From the NCBI GenBank assembly GCA_018377235.1, contig JAGZZT010000001.1:192474-256473 (forward strand): a DNA stretch of 64,000 nt. Reading direction: 5' to 3'. Positions within the stretch are counted from its first letter, which is position 1, and each line of letters starts with the position of its first letter. Positions 9,191 through 18,591 of the stretch are shown piece by piece. The notes under the pieces were generated by a model. It was not told where the DNA came from. It saw nothing but the letters and a program-made list of their open reading frames with translations, and made no database searches. Both the position numbers and the translations under genes were made by a program. This stretch comes from Clostridium sp. GTDB taxonomy: Bacteria; Bacillota; Clostridia; Lachnospirales; Lachnospiraceae.

Positions 9191-10330
9191 ATGAAGAAAC
9201 TGACAGCCGCAGCGCTTGCTGTCTGCATGACTGCAAGTCTGGTAACAGGATGTTCCGCGCCGGAACCGGAGGAGACAACCGCTCCGTCCAAGGCAGCTGA
9301 AAGCGGAGCAGAGCAGCAGAAAGACGCAGAGACAGCAAACCCGGAGGACTACAAGGTAGCGCTTATGATTCCTGGAAACCTGGGAGACAAATCATTTTTT
9401 GACGCTTCCTTCCGCGCCATTGAGCCTATCGAGGAGCAGCTTGGCGTAACGGTAGACTATGTGGAGGCTGGACTGGACACATCCAAATATTATCCGGTTC
9501 TCGTGGATATGTGCGAGGCTGATTATGATTTAATTTTAACTATTTCCAGCAACAACGACGATGCCCTGGTTCAGGCAGCAGAGGAGTATCCGGATCAGCT
9601 GTTCATCAATCTGGACGATGAGCTTACAGACCCGCCTGCAAACGTATACATCATGGGAACAAAAAATAATGAGATGAGTTTCCTGGCAGGAGCAGCTGCA
9701 GCTCTCAAGGCAGAAGAACTTGGTGAGGATAAGATCGGCTTCGTAGGCGGTATGGATATTCCTGGAATCAACGAGTTCTTAGTGGGATATATTGAAGGTG
9801 CTCAGGCAGTTAATCCAGACATCAAGGTAGCAGCCTCCTATGTTGGAAGCTTTACTGATACAGCCAAGGGAAAGGAGAATGCCCTTCTTCTCTACAATTC
9901 CGGCCTTTCCGTTATTTTCGCGGCAGCAGGACAGTCCGGCCTGGGTGTGATCGATGCAGCTGTAGCTCAGAACAAATTTGCCATCGGCGTTGACTCCGAC
10001 CAGGCAGAAGCCTTAAAGGATACAAAACCTGAGATGGCAGGCGTGATTATCACTTCCGCTATCAAGAACATTCCTGAGAACGCTGTAAAAGCAGTAGACA
10101 GAGCCATGAAGGGTGAGATTCCATACGGAACAAGAGAGGTATTCGGAATCGCCGAGGGCGCTGTCGGCATTGCTGAGAACGAGTTCTATGAGACTTTACT
10201 GTCAGAGGAAGACAGAGCGAAAATCGAAGAGTTAAAGAACCAGGTAATTGCCGGAGAAATTGAGATGACTCCAACCACCGGTATTACCACAGAGAAGGTA
10301 AATGAAATCCGCGAGGCTGTACGCCCATAG
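9191..10330 (+). CDS. BMP-family ABC transporter substrate-binding lipoprotein (nucleoside-binding, PnrA/Med-like)
   Basis: Lipobox 'LVTGCSA'. BMP-family fold through the body. Start placed at ATG 9191 (MKKLTAAALAV), 11 nt after RBS 'aggagg'. The ORF track's 9173 start is less likely. Confidence 0.8.
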   Translation: MKKLTAAALAVCMTASLVTGCSAPEPEETTAPSKAAESGAEQQKDAETANPEDYKVALMIPGNLGDKSFFDASFRAIEPIEEQLGVTVDYVEAGLDTSKYYPVLVDMCEADYDLILTISSNNDDALVQAAEEYPDQLFINLDDELTDPPANVYIMGTKNNEMSFLAGAAAALKAEELGEDKIGFVGGMDIPGINEFLVGYIEGAQAVNPDIKVAASYVGSFTDTAKGKENALLLYNSGLSVIFAAAGQSGLGVIDAAVAQNKFAIGVDSDQAEALKDTKPEMAGVIITSAIKNIPENAVKAVDRAMKGEIPYGTREVFGIAEGAVGIAENEFYETLLSEEDRAKIEELKNQVIAGEIEMTPTTGITTEKVNEIREAVRP

Positions 10331-10347
10331 TTCACGGAGGTATCCTG

Positions 10348-11898
10348 ATGGAACACTATCTTTTGGAGATGAAAAACATCTCAAAAATTTATGGCAATGG
10401 GATTGCAGCAAACAAAAATGTCAATTTCAATCTGAAAAAGGGAGAGATTCACGCTCTGGTCGGAGAGAATGGAGCGGGAAAATCTACCCTGATGAAAATC
10501 TTATTCGGAATGGAACCGCCGTCATCAGGAGAGATCATATTAAGGGGAGAACCTGTCAGGTTCTCCTCTTCCAAAGATGCGATCGCTCATGGAATCGGAA
10601 TGGTGCATCAGCATTTTATGCTGGTGGAATCCTTTACGGCGGCTCAGAATATTATCCTTGGCATGGAGCCAAAAAAAGGACTTTTTGTCAGTGAGGAGGA
10701 GGCCGTCCGCTTCACAAAAGAAATCAGTAAAAAATATAATCTGGACGTAGACGCAGAAGCTGTTACCCAGACTCTTCCCGTAGGCGTAAAACAGAAAATA
10801 GAAATTTTAAAGGCTCTGGCCAGAGGCGCAGAGATCCTGATTCTGGATGAACCGACCGCTGTGCTGGCTCCTCAGGAGACAGACCAGCTCTTCGACGAAC
10901 TCATTAATCTGAAAAAGCAGGGACACACCATTGTGTTCATTTCCCATAAAATTCCCGAAATCAAACGGATTTCCGACCGCATCACAGTTATGAGAGCCAG
11001 CCAGTTCGTAGGCTGCTGCGAGACAAAGGATGTAACGGAGCAGGAAATTTCAGCCATGATCATGGGCTGTGAGATGGATACCTCCATCCAGAAAACGATC
11101 CCCAAGCCTGGCGACAGAAAAATTCAGGTCAAAAACCTGTCCTACACCGATAAAAATCAGGTCAGGCTGCTGAACAACATTAATTTCAGCGTCCGGGGCG
11201 GTATGATTTTCGGAATTGCCGGTGTCCAGGGAAATGGACAGGTGGAGCTCGTAGAGCTGATGACAAAAAAGAGGATGATAAAAGACGGAGATATTCTTCT
11301 GAACGGGACATCTGTAAAGAACCTGTCCATTGAGCAGATCCGCCGAATGCAGTTCGGTTATGTGCCGGAGGATCGTATGGAGCAGGGTATTGCAGGACAG
11401 GAATCTATTGCAGAAAATATGGTTTCAAACCGGTACAGCAGCAGGGAATTCTGCCGCGGAGGCCTTCTGAATTATAAAAAAATACTGAAATTTGCAGAGG
11501 ATCGCATTAAATCTTACGAGATACGCTGTTCCGGCACTGGGCAGAACGTGGGAATGCTGTCTGGCGGAAATATGCAGAAAGTAGTCGTAGCCAGAGAATG
11601 CAGCCACAGCCCTGAGGTGCTGATTGCAGAACAGCCTACCAGAGGCGTGGACATCGGAGCAGCCCACATTATCCATAAGAAAATGATGGAGCTGAGGGAT
11701 CAGGGCTGCGCTGTGCTTTTAATCTCTGCTGATTTAAGCGAGGCATTAAAGCTCTCGGATGTGATCGCCGTTATGTACGAGGGAGAAATTGTGGCTTATT
11801 TTGACAATACAGAAGGACTGAATGAAGAAAAGCTGGGACTTTACATGCTGGGACTTGAAAGGCACAGCGAAGAACAGATAAGGAGGGCAGAAGGGTGA
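10348..11898 (+). CDS. ABC transporter ATP-binding protein, duplicated ATPase domains (sugar/nucleoside type)
   Basis: 516 aa. Walker A 'GENGAGKST' in the first half. Signature 'LSGGNMQKV' and Walker B in the second half. Typical partner of BMP-family binding proteins. Confidence 0.9.
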   Translation: MEHYLLEMKNISKIYGNGIAANKNVNFNLKKGEIHALVGENGAGKSTLMKILFGMEPPSSGEIILRGEPVRFSSSKDAIAHGIGMVHQHFMLVESFTAAQNIILGMEPKKGLFVSEEEAVRFTKEISKKYNLDVDAEAVTQTLPVGVKQKIEILKALARGAEILILDEPTAVLAPQETDQLFDELINLKKQGHTIVFISHKIPEIKRISDRITVMRASQFVGCCETKDVTEQEISAMIMGCEMDTSIQKTIPKPGDRKIQVKNLSYTDKNQVRLLNNINFSVRGGMIFGIAGVQGNGQVELVELMTKKRMIKDGDILLNGTSVKNLSIEQIRRMQFGYVPEDRMEQGIAGQESIAENMVSNRYSSREFCRGGLLNYKKILKFAEDRIKSYEIRCSGTGQNVGMLSGGNMQKVVVARECSHSPEVLIAEQPTRGVDIGAAHIIHKKMMELRDQGCAVLLISADLSEALKLSDVIAVMYEGEIVAYFDNTEGLNEEKLGLYMLGLERHSEEQIRRAEG

Positions 11899-12938
11899 GC
11901 AGAGAGCGTTCATTTAACATCATAAGAACCGCCGTTTCCATGCTGGTGGCAATCCTGGTGGCTTTTGTCATTATCCTGCTGGTCAGCGATCAGCCAGTGG
12001 AATCCATTAAAACCTTCCTTTTGGCACCGTTTTCTTCCAAACGATACCTGGGAAACATTGTGGAAACAGCAGTTCCCCTTATTTTTTCCGGTCTGGCCAT
12101 GGCGGTTATGTTTAAGGCCAATCTGTTTAACCTGGGCGGAGAGGGTGTATTCTTCATATCTGGAATCGCCGGATCCTTCTTAGCAATCTGGCTGAAAATG
12201 CCTCCTGTTTTATTTCCCATCGCCTGTATCGCTGCGGGAGCTGCAGCCGGTATGATCATTATGCTGGTTCCAGGCGTATTGAAAGCAAAATATGGAGCCA
12301 ATGAGATGGTAACCTCCCTGATGATGAACAATATTCTCCTGGGAGTTGGTCTGTATCTATTAAATAACGTCATGCGCGATCCGAAAGTAGCGTCCCTGGT
12401 ATCTTACAAGTACCGTTCCAACGCTGTTCTTTCTAATATCGTGCCGGGAACCAGAATCCACTCCGGCTTTCTGATTGCCATTTTATGCGCAGTGCTGGTA
12501 TACCTGTTTATGTTCAAGAGCAAATGGGGCTATGAAATCCGCATGACTGGAAATAATGCAAAGTTTGCCAGCTATTCCGGTATTAACGTAACTAAGGTGA
12601 TTATTATCGTCCACCTGGCGGCAGGCGCCATCGCCGGAGCCGGAGGAATCATCGAGTGTATTGGCATGCATAAGCGGTTTGAGTGGACAGCTCTTCCCGG
12701 TTACGGCTTCGATGGCGCCATGATTGCCATGCTGGCTGGAAATAACCCGCTGGGCGTTATTGGGGCAGCTTTTTTTGTCAGCTACCTGCGGATTGGAGCA
12801 GATCTGGTGAATCGTTCCTCTGATATTCCTACAGAGATGATCGCGATTCTTCAGAGTATTATTATCCTGCTTATTTCAGCAGAACGGTTCCTGCACAAAT
12901 ACAAACAAAACTGGATTGAGAAGGAGGTGAAGGGATGA
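11895..12938 (+). CDS. ABC transporter permease (BMP-system, first permease)
   Basis: 347 aa polytopic. GTG start overlaps the upstream stop (GTGA). Confidence 0.8.
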   Translation: MSRERSFNIIRTAVSMLVAILVAFVIILLVSDQPVESIKTFLLAPFSSKRYLGNIVETAVPLIFSGLAMAVMFKANLFNLGGEGVFFISGIAGSFLAIWLKMPPVLFPIACIAAGAAAGMIIMLVPGVLKAKYGANEMVTSLMMNNILLGVGLYLLNNVMRDPKVASLVSYKYRSNAVLSNIVPGTRIHSGFLIAILCAVLVYLFMFKSKWGYEIRMTGNNAKFASYSGINVTKVIIIVHLAAGAIAGAGGIIECIGMHKRFEWTALPGYGFDGAMIAMLAGNNPLGVIGAAFFVSYLRIGADLVNRSSDIPTEMIAILQSIIILLISAERFLHKYKQNWIEKEVKG

Positions 12939-13852
12939 AAGCGCTTGCAGACCTGATTTTTACCAGTGACTTTTTCTACTCAATTTTTCGTGTGGCCACA
13001 CCCCTTCTGTTTGCCTCCATGGGAGCAGTTGTATCTGATGTGGCCGGCGTTCCGAATATTGCCCTGGAGGGCATGATGCTGATTGCCGCCTTTGCGGGAA
13101 TGTATTTCAGCTACCTGTTTGGAAGCGCCTGGGCCGGACTGGCCTTCGCCATCCTCTTCGCCGTGCTGGCTGCGGGAGTACTGGCCTTCTTTACCCTGTA
13201 CTATAAAACTAATATCATTTTAGGCGGCATTGCCATCAACAGCCTGGCCAGCGGAGGAACCATCTTCTTCCTCTATCTGGTAGCCCATGACAAGGGTACC
13301 AGTGTGGCCCTCACCAGCAAGGTGCTGCCAAATATCAATATTCCGATTATCGAGCAGATTCCGATTATCGGACCGGCCATATCCGGCCACAACGTGCTTA
13401 CCTACCTGTCGATTCTGGCAGTGGTATTCACCTACCTGCTCTTGAAGAAGACATCACTTGGATACCACATCCGCGCAGTTGGAGAGAAAAAAGAGGCGGC
13501 GGATTCTGTGGGCATCAGTGTGATGAAGACTCAGGCAGCCGCGCTTTTGATCAGCGGCGTTATGAGTGGTCTCGGCGGAGCTTTCATGTCCATGGGCTAC
13601 GTGTCCTGGTTCTCCAGAGACATGGTCAGCGGCCGTGGATGGATTGCTCTGGCAGCCGAAGCCATGGGGCAGAGAGGGGCAATTGGTACAGCCGCCACTT
13701 CTCTGTTATTTGGTGTGGCAGACGCCCTGTCAAACGCAGTGGCGACCCTGGGATGGCCGTCTGATCTGGTTAAGACCATTCCTTACTGTGCAACCCTCAT
13801 CGGTCTGGCTGTCTTCTCCATTAGAGCCTGCAGAAAAATGAAACGGGCGTAA
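12935..13852 (+). CDS. ABC transporter permease (BMP-system, second permease)
   Basis: 305 aa polytopic. ATGA overlap with the upstream gene. Confidence 0.8.
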   Translation: MKALADLIFTSDFFYSIFRVATPLLFASMGAVVSDVAGVPNIALEGMMLIAAFAGMYFSYLFGSAWAGLAFAILFAVLAAGVLAFFTLYYKTNIILGGIAINSLASGGTIFFLYLVAHDKGTSVALTSKVLPNINIPIIEQIPIIGPAISGHNVLTYLSILAVVFTYLLLKKTSLGYHIRAVGEKKEAADSVGISVMKTQAAALLISGVMSGLGGAFMSMGYVSWFSRDMVSGRGWIALAAEAMGQRGAIGTAATSLLFGVADALSNAVATLGWPSDLVKTIPYCATLIGLAVFSIRACRKMKRA

Positions 13853-13880
13853 CCGCCTAAACAGTAAAAGGAGGACTGAC

Positions 13881-15377
13881 ATGGCATCTTTTGATATGAC
13901 AAACGATATCCTGTACACCATCAAAAATCCTAAGGTTACCTTTAACCAGAGATTAAAGGACATGGCAAAGATTGCAGAAAATTCCATCGAACTGGTAGAG
14001 TATACGGAAAAATCAAAGGAATACTTTGCAAACGGCGCCATGATGGATATGTTTGAGGGAAAAACTCCCTACCGCACGCGCTACTGCGTGCCGGACTACG
14101 AAAAATTTTTAAAGCAGGGAAGTGAATTTCTCATGCTGAAGCCGCCCAAGGATATCTGGGACGCAGTGGGAAATCTTCTCTGCCTGTACCATAACATCCC
14201 GGCAGACGGCGGGCTTCCCGTTTACATTGGAAACCTGGGAACACTTCTGGAGCCGTTTGTAACAGATGAGGCCGAAGCAGAAAAAGCAATCCGCTTCCTG
14301 TTAGTTCATGTGGACCGGACTATCTCCAACGCCTTCTGCCACGCCAATCTGGGACCAGAGGACACAAAGGCCGGACGCATTGTCTTAAAGCTGACAAAGG
14401 AAATGCAGAGACCATGTCCGAATATGACGCTTCTTTACAGAGACGATACTCCTGACAGCTTCATACTGGCAGCTCTGGATACAGCCATGACAGCGGCCAA
14501 GCCAAGCTTTGCCAACGATAAGATCTACCGCAGAGAAATGGGAGACTATGCAGTTGTCAGCTGCTACAATACTCTGCCTATCGGAGGCTGCGGCCTGACG
14601 CTGGTTCGTCTGAACATGAACCGGCTTCCTGAGCTTGCAAAGAGTCCTGAGGATCTGTTAGAACGTGTTATCCCTGACGCAGTGACAGCTGTCTGCGACG
14701 CCATTGACAGCCGCTGCCGCTTTATTGTAGACGAATGCCATTATTATGAAAATAATTTCCTCTACCACGAAGGCCTGATTCACAAAGAGAAAGACTACAT
14801 GGTAGGAATGTTCGGCTTTGTGGGACTGGCAGAGTGCGTAAATAAGGCATTGGGCCTGACTGAGCCGGGCGAGCGCTACGGACATAACGAGAAAGCAGAC
14901 GCCTTTGGAGAGGCAATTATGGATCGCATCCGGGCAGAGATTAACAAGCGGCCAGCGGCCTATGGAAAATACGGCCTTCACGCTCAGGTAGGCGTTATGG
15001 AGGATACAGAATCCACGCCAGGCGGCAGAATTCCAATTGGCGAGGAACCGGAACTTCCCCTTCAGATTCAACATTTCACCCGGATGCACAAGGGCTGCGA
15101 TGCCGGCTGCGGAGAGCTGTTCCCCTTTGACCATACAGTGGAGAACAATCCGCAGTATCTCCTCGACATCCTGAAGGGAGCCTTCTCCACTGGAACCAGA
15201 TACCTCTCCTTCTATTCCGGAGATTCTGATCTGGTGCGCGTCACCGGATACCTGGTAAAGCGCTCTGATATTGAGAAATTCAACCAGGAGCAGATGACCT
15301 TAAACGAGGCCACTGTCAACGGCGCTGTCGTTGATAAAAACCTTCATCTCCTGGACAGAAAGGTGCGTGGAAACTAA
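13881..15377 (+). CDS. yjjI: Short glycyl-radical-enzyme-like protein (YjjI/DUF3029-type), C-terminal glycine-radical motif 'RVTGY'
   Basis: 498 aa. C-terminus 'DSDLVRVTGYLVKRSD' matches the Gly-radical fingerprint of PFL-like enzymes (RVSGY). Size (about 500 aa rather than about 800) and pairing with a dedicated activase fit the YjjI family. RBS 'aggagg' lies upstream. Confidence 0.65.
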   Translation: MASFDMTNDILYTIKNPKVTFNQRLKDMAKIAENSIELVEYTEKSKEYFANGAMMDMFEGKTPYRTRYCVPDYEKFLKQGSEFLMLKPPKDIWDAVGNLLCLYHNIPADGGLPVYIGNLGTLLEPFVTDEAEAEKAIRFLLVHVDRTISNAFCHANLGPEDTKAGRIVLKLTKEMQRPCPNMTLLYRDDTPDSFILAALDTAMTAAKPSFANDKIYRREMGDYAVVSCYNTLPIGGCGLTLVRLNMNRLPELAKSPEDLLERVIPDAVTAVCDAIDSRCRFIVDECHYYENNFLYHEGLIHKEKDYMVGMFGFVGLAECVNKALGLTEPGERYGHNEKADAFGEAIMDRIRAEINKRPAAYGKYGLHAQVGVMEDTESTPGGRIPIGEEPELPLQIQHFTRMHKGCDAGCGELFPFDHTVENNPQYLLDILKGAFSTGTRYLSFYSGDSDLVRVTGYLVKRSDIEKFNQEQMTLNEATVNGAVVDKNLHLLDRKVRGN

Positions 15378-16213
15378 TGGATATCACGGCTCCGGTCAAT
15401 AAAATTATCCCTTTCAGCAGTGTAGACGGATTTGGAAACCGTACTGCAGTCTTTCTTCAGGGCTGTAACCAGAACTGTCTTTACTGCCACAATCCGGAGA
15501 CCATTCATATGTGCAGAAACTGCGGGGCATGTGTAAGCGCATGTCCCGCAGGCGCGCTTACGATGGAAAACGGAATTGTTTCTTATGATTATTCCAAATG
15601 CTGCAGCTGTGACACCTGTCTGAAAACATGTCAGTTTGACTCCTCCCCCAAGATAAGGAATATGACTGCCCTCCAGCTGTATGAAGAAATCCGCAGTTTT
15701 TTTCCTTTTGTAAACGGCATTACAACCTCAGGAGGAGAGTGCAGTCTTTACCTTGACTTTTTAAAAGAATTCTACACGCTGGTCCGCGCAGATGGAAAAA
15801 CCGCTTATATGGACACTAACGGGCAGATTCCTCTGTGGGAGAGAGAGGACGTGCTGGCAGTAACTGATAAAACCATGATCGATCTGAAGGCAGGAAGTGA
15901 GGAAGATCACCTCCGCCTCACCGGAAGAGGTCTGTCTGTTGTCACAGAAAACATCCGTCAAATGGCTGCTATGGATAAGCTTTATGAAATCAGGACGGTT
16001 GTAGTTCCAGAAGTTGTGGATAACCTGAAAACTGTAAAACTTGGAAGCAGCCTGATTGCAAATTATCCCAATGTGCGGTATAAATTAATTAAATTCCGTC
16101 ATTACGGCGTCCGGAAAAATTTTGCATCCACAAGGGAGCCGGATGACGCCTATATGCAGATGCTGCGGGAGGCAGCGTTAAGCGCCGGAGTAAAAGATGT
16201 GCTGGTCGTTTAG
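15377..16213 (+). CDS. yjjW: Glycyl-radical enzyme activase (radical SAM with extra ferredoxin-like Cys clusters; YjjW-type)
   Basis: 278 aa. Radical SAM 'CNQNCLYCHN'. Additional 'CRNCGACVSACPAG' and 'CCSCDTCLKTC' clusters. The start overlaps the upstream stop as 'TAATG' (translational coupling). Confidence 0.75.
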   Translation: MDITAPVNKIIPFSSVDGFGNRTAVFLQGCNQNCLYCHNPETIHMCRNCGACVSACPAGALTMENGIVSYDYSKCCSCDTCLKTCQFDSSPKIRNMTALQLYEEIRSFFPFVNGITTSGGECSLYLDFLKEFYTLVRADGKTAYMDTNGQIPLWEREDVLAVTDKTMIDLKAGSEEDHLRLTGRGLSVVTENIRQMAAMDKLYEIRTVVVPEVVDNLKTVKLGSSLIANYPNVRYKLIKFRHYGVRKNFASTREPDDAYMQMLREAALSAGVKDVLVV

Positions 16214-16241
16214 CTGGATAAACCGTTTTTAGGAGGATACC

Positions 16242-16964
16242 ATGAATTTGAGGGAGCTCTGGAGAAAATACGATTCCTATAATCAATTTAATATTTCTGT
16301 ACTTCCTGAAGAAATCAAGACCCAGGGCGTTCATCTTTCCTACCCAGCCGGATCCGTTATCATAAATCTGGGGGATTTTCCCGATTATGTATATTTTATT
16401 GAATCCGGCGTAGCTCTGGGAACCAGAGAGTACAACGACGGAAATAATTATTTTTATTTCCGGATTACCAGTGAAAACGGCTCTGTCGGCCTGCTGGAGG
16501 TACTGGCCCGCAAGGAACAATGTGTCGCTACTGTGGTTGCAGAGACCGCAGTTACAGCCCTGCGCATCAGCTCTGCTGTTATCTATGAGTATCTGATGAA
16601 GCATGTAGACATGCTGTACCGCTGTACTTACATTGTTGCCAACGACCTCTATCAGCGTTCCGGCAACGACGGAATTCTATATTACCAAAAAGGGATAGAC
16701 AGGGTAAGATACTACCTGGTACAGCATTATCTTCTGCATGCCAAGGCAGAGCAGCCGCTGATGGTGCAGACCGACTATCAGACTATCGCCAGCAATATCG
16801 GCGTCAGCGTCCGGACTGTAGTGAGAAGCGTCAGCCGCTTAAAGGAGCTGGAGGAAGTTTCTGTCTGTAAAAAGAAGATAACGATTTCTCATTGTCAATA
16901 CCAAAAGATGCAGGCAGCCATCCGTCTGCTGATTCCATCTGAAACTTTAGGTATTCCTTTTTAA
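16242..16964 (+). CDS. Crp/Fnr-family transcriptional regulator (cNMP-binding fold + C-terminal HTH; no FNR Cys cluster)
   Basis: 240 aa. N-terminal beta-roll-like region. C-terminal HTH 'IASNIGVSVRTVVRSVSRLKELEEV'. Confidence 0.65.
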   Translation: MNLRELWRKYDSYNQFNISVLPEEIKTQGVHLSYPAGSVIINLGDFPDYVYFIESGVALGTREYNDGNNYFYFRITSENGSVGLLEVLARKEQCVATVVAETAVTALRISSAVIYEYLMKHVDMLYRCTYIVANDLYQRSGNDGILYYQKGIDRVRYYLVQHYLLHAKAEQPLMVQTDYQTIASNIGVSVRTVVRSVSRLKELEEVSVCKKKITISHCQYQKMQAAIRLLIPSETLGIPF

Positions 16965-16993
16965 TAATCTGGCATCATTTTTAGTGAAGGAGC

Positions 16994-18343
16994 ATGATAA
17001 AAATGAATCGGAATAATCATCCATATGAATTAACAGAACGATTTCCATTGATCCGTCCAATGTCTCAGGGAAAAGAAATTTTCTGGAGCAATGACAGGCT
17101 GACAGATGCCTGCTCCGCACTCCAGCAGCTGCCTTTTTCAGCGGCAGATATAGAGAATGCAGAAAAAAGATGGACACGCTTTGCTCCTTTTATAAAAAAG
17201 GCTTTTCCTGAAACCGAAATGACAGATGGAATAATAGAATCTCCTCTCCTTGAAATCAGTTCAATGAAGCATGTTCTGAATGAATCGTTTCATGCAAATC
17301 TGAGGGGACGCCTTCTGCTGAAAATGGACAGCCACCTGGCAGCAGCAGGATCAGTGAAGGCAAGAGGAGGTATCTATGAAATTCTCAAACATTCCGAGGA
17401 TCTGGCTCTGTCCCAGGGTATGATACGTCCAGGTGAAACTTATGACGCCTTTTGCAGCCCGGAATTTCGGAAATTCTTCAGCAGTTATTCAATTCATGCC
17501 GGTTCTACAGGAAATCTGGGACTGTCTATTGGCATAATCAGCGCTGCATTAGGATATAACGTGACCATACATATGTCTATGGACGCTAAGGAATGGAAAA
17601 AGAAGCTGCTCCGTGAAAAAGGAGTCCGTGTGATAGAATATGCTTCCGACTACAGCGAAGCAGTTAAAGCAGGGAGAGCACAGGCAGAACAGGATCCTAT
17701 GAGCTATTTTGTGGATGATGAGAACTCTGCCAATCTGTTCCTGGGCTATTCCACAGCTGCCAGACGTCTGAAGAAACAGCTGGATGATATGGGAATCACA
17801 GTAGACCGATCCCACCCTCTGTTCGTCTATCTCCCCTGCGGCGTAGGAGGGGCTCCTGGAGGCATCACCTTCGGTCTGAAACAGATTTTTGGAGATTCCG
17901 TTCACTGTTTCTTTATAGAGCCTGTCCAGGCCCCCTGCATGGCGTTAGGCGTCATGACTGGTCTTCACGATGAAATCTGTGTTCAGGATATTGGTCTTTC
18001 CGGCCTTACGGAAGCAGATGGCCTGGCGGTAGGACGGCCTTCAAAATTTGTTGGAAAACTTATTTCCCCTCTGCTGGACGGAGAGTTCACTGTCACAGAC
18101 GAACATTTATACCGCTATCTGCGTTCTTTTATGGATGCAGAAGCCATGTTTATTGAACCCAGCTCCTGCGCTGCCTTTCAGGGCCCGGCAGTTATCTGTT
18201 CCAGTCTGGAATGCCATAAATTTTTGCTAAATCATGGGCTGGATCAGAACATGGATCAGGCCGTCCATATTGCGTGGGCAACTGGAGGAAGCCTGGTACC
18301 AGAAGAGATCCGAAAACAATATTATGAAAAAAGCTTAAAATAA
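16994..18343 (+). CDS. dsdA: D-serine ammonia-lyase (D-serine dehydratase)
   Basis: 449 aa, colinear with E. coli DsdA: 'RFAPFIKKAFPET', 'LLLKMDSHL', PLP-lysine motif 'GSVKARGGIYE', 'GSTGNLGLSIGI', 'LFVYLPCGVGGAPGG', 'HCFFIEP'. Confidence 0.9.
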   Translation: MIKMNRNNHPYELTERFPLIRPMSQGKEIFWSNDRLTDACSALQQLPFSAADIENAEKRWTRFAPFIKKAFPETEMTDGIIESPLLEISSMKHVLNESFHANLRGRLLLKMDSHLAAAGSVKARGGIYEILKHSEDLALSQGMIRPGETYDAFCSPEFRKFFSSYSIHAGSTGNLGLSIGIISAALGYNVTIHMSMDAKEWKKKLLREKGVRVIEYASDYSEAVKAGRAQAEQDPMSYFVDDENSANLFLGYSTAARRLKKQLDDMGITVDRSHPLFVYLPCGVGGAPGGITFGLKQIFGDSVHCFFIEPVQAPCMALGVMTGLHDEICVQDIGLSGLTEADGLAVGRPSKFVGKLISPLLDGEFTVTDEHLYRYLRSFMDAEAMFIEPSSCAAFQGPAVICSSLECHKFLLNHGLDQNMDQAVHIAWATGGSLVPEEIRKQYYEKSLK

Positions 18344-18357
18344 ACAGGCGTATCCTC

Positions 18358-18386
18358 TTGACAAACGCAGGTTTGTTTTGTATAGT
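18358..18386 (+). promoter_or_regulatory. Sigma-A-type promoter (ttgaca-17-tatagt) downstream of dsdA, upstream of the pflA leader
   Basis: 'ttgaca aacgcaggtttgttttg tatagt'. Confidence 0.55.
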
Positions 18387-18443
18387 GAAACTATCATATG
18401 ACTGACGGAAGTGGAATAAACCACATGAAGTATGATTTTAAAA

Positions 18444-18490
18444 AGCCGACCGTCTGGGCAGTCTGCCTGGAGGTTTGGCTTTTTTTGTTT
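18444..18490 (+). terminator. Terminator-like hairpin + U7 tract inside the pflA 5' leader (putative attenuator or small RNA 3' end)
   Basis: 'aagccgacc-gtctgggcagtctgcctggag-gtttggctt' followed by 'ttttttt', about 60 nt downstream of the promoter and about 100 nt before the pflA ATG. Confidence 0.4.
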
Positions 18491-18591
18491 TCTTAAAACA
18501 AATCGAATTCGCCAAGGAATCCAGGCGGCCATATTATCTGTTTTGATTCATTCATATTTACTTTATTTCCATTCAGGGAGGACACAATGCC

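Noticed and set aside
10302-10694. 130-aa ORF spanning the end of the BMP lipoprotein gene into the ABC ATPase
   Set aside because: Out-of-frame overlap with two well-supported genes. No RBS.
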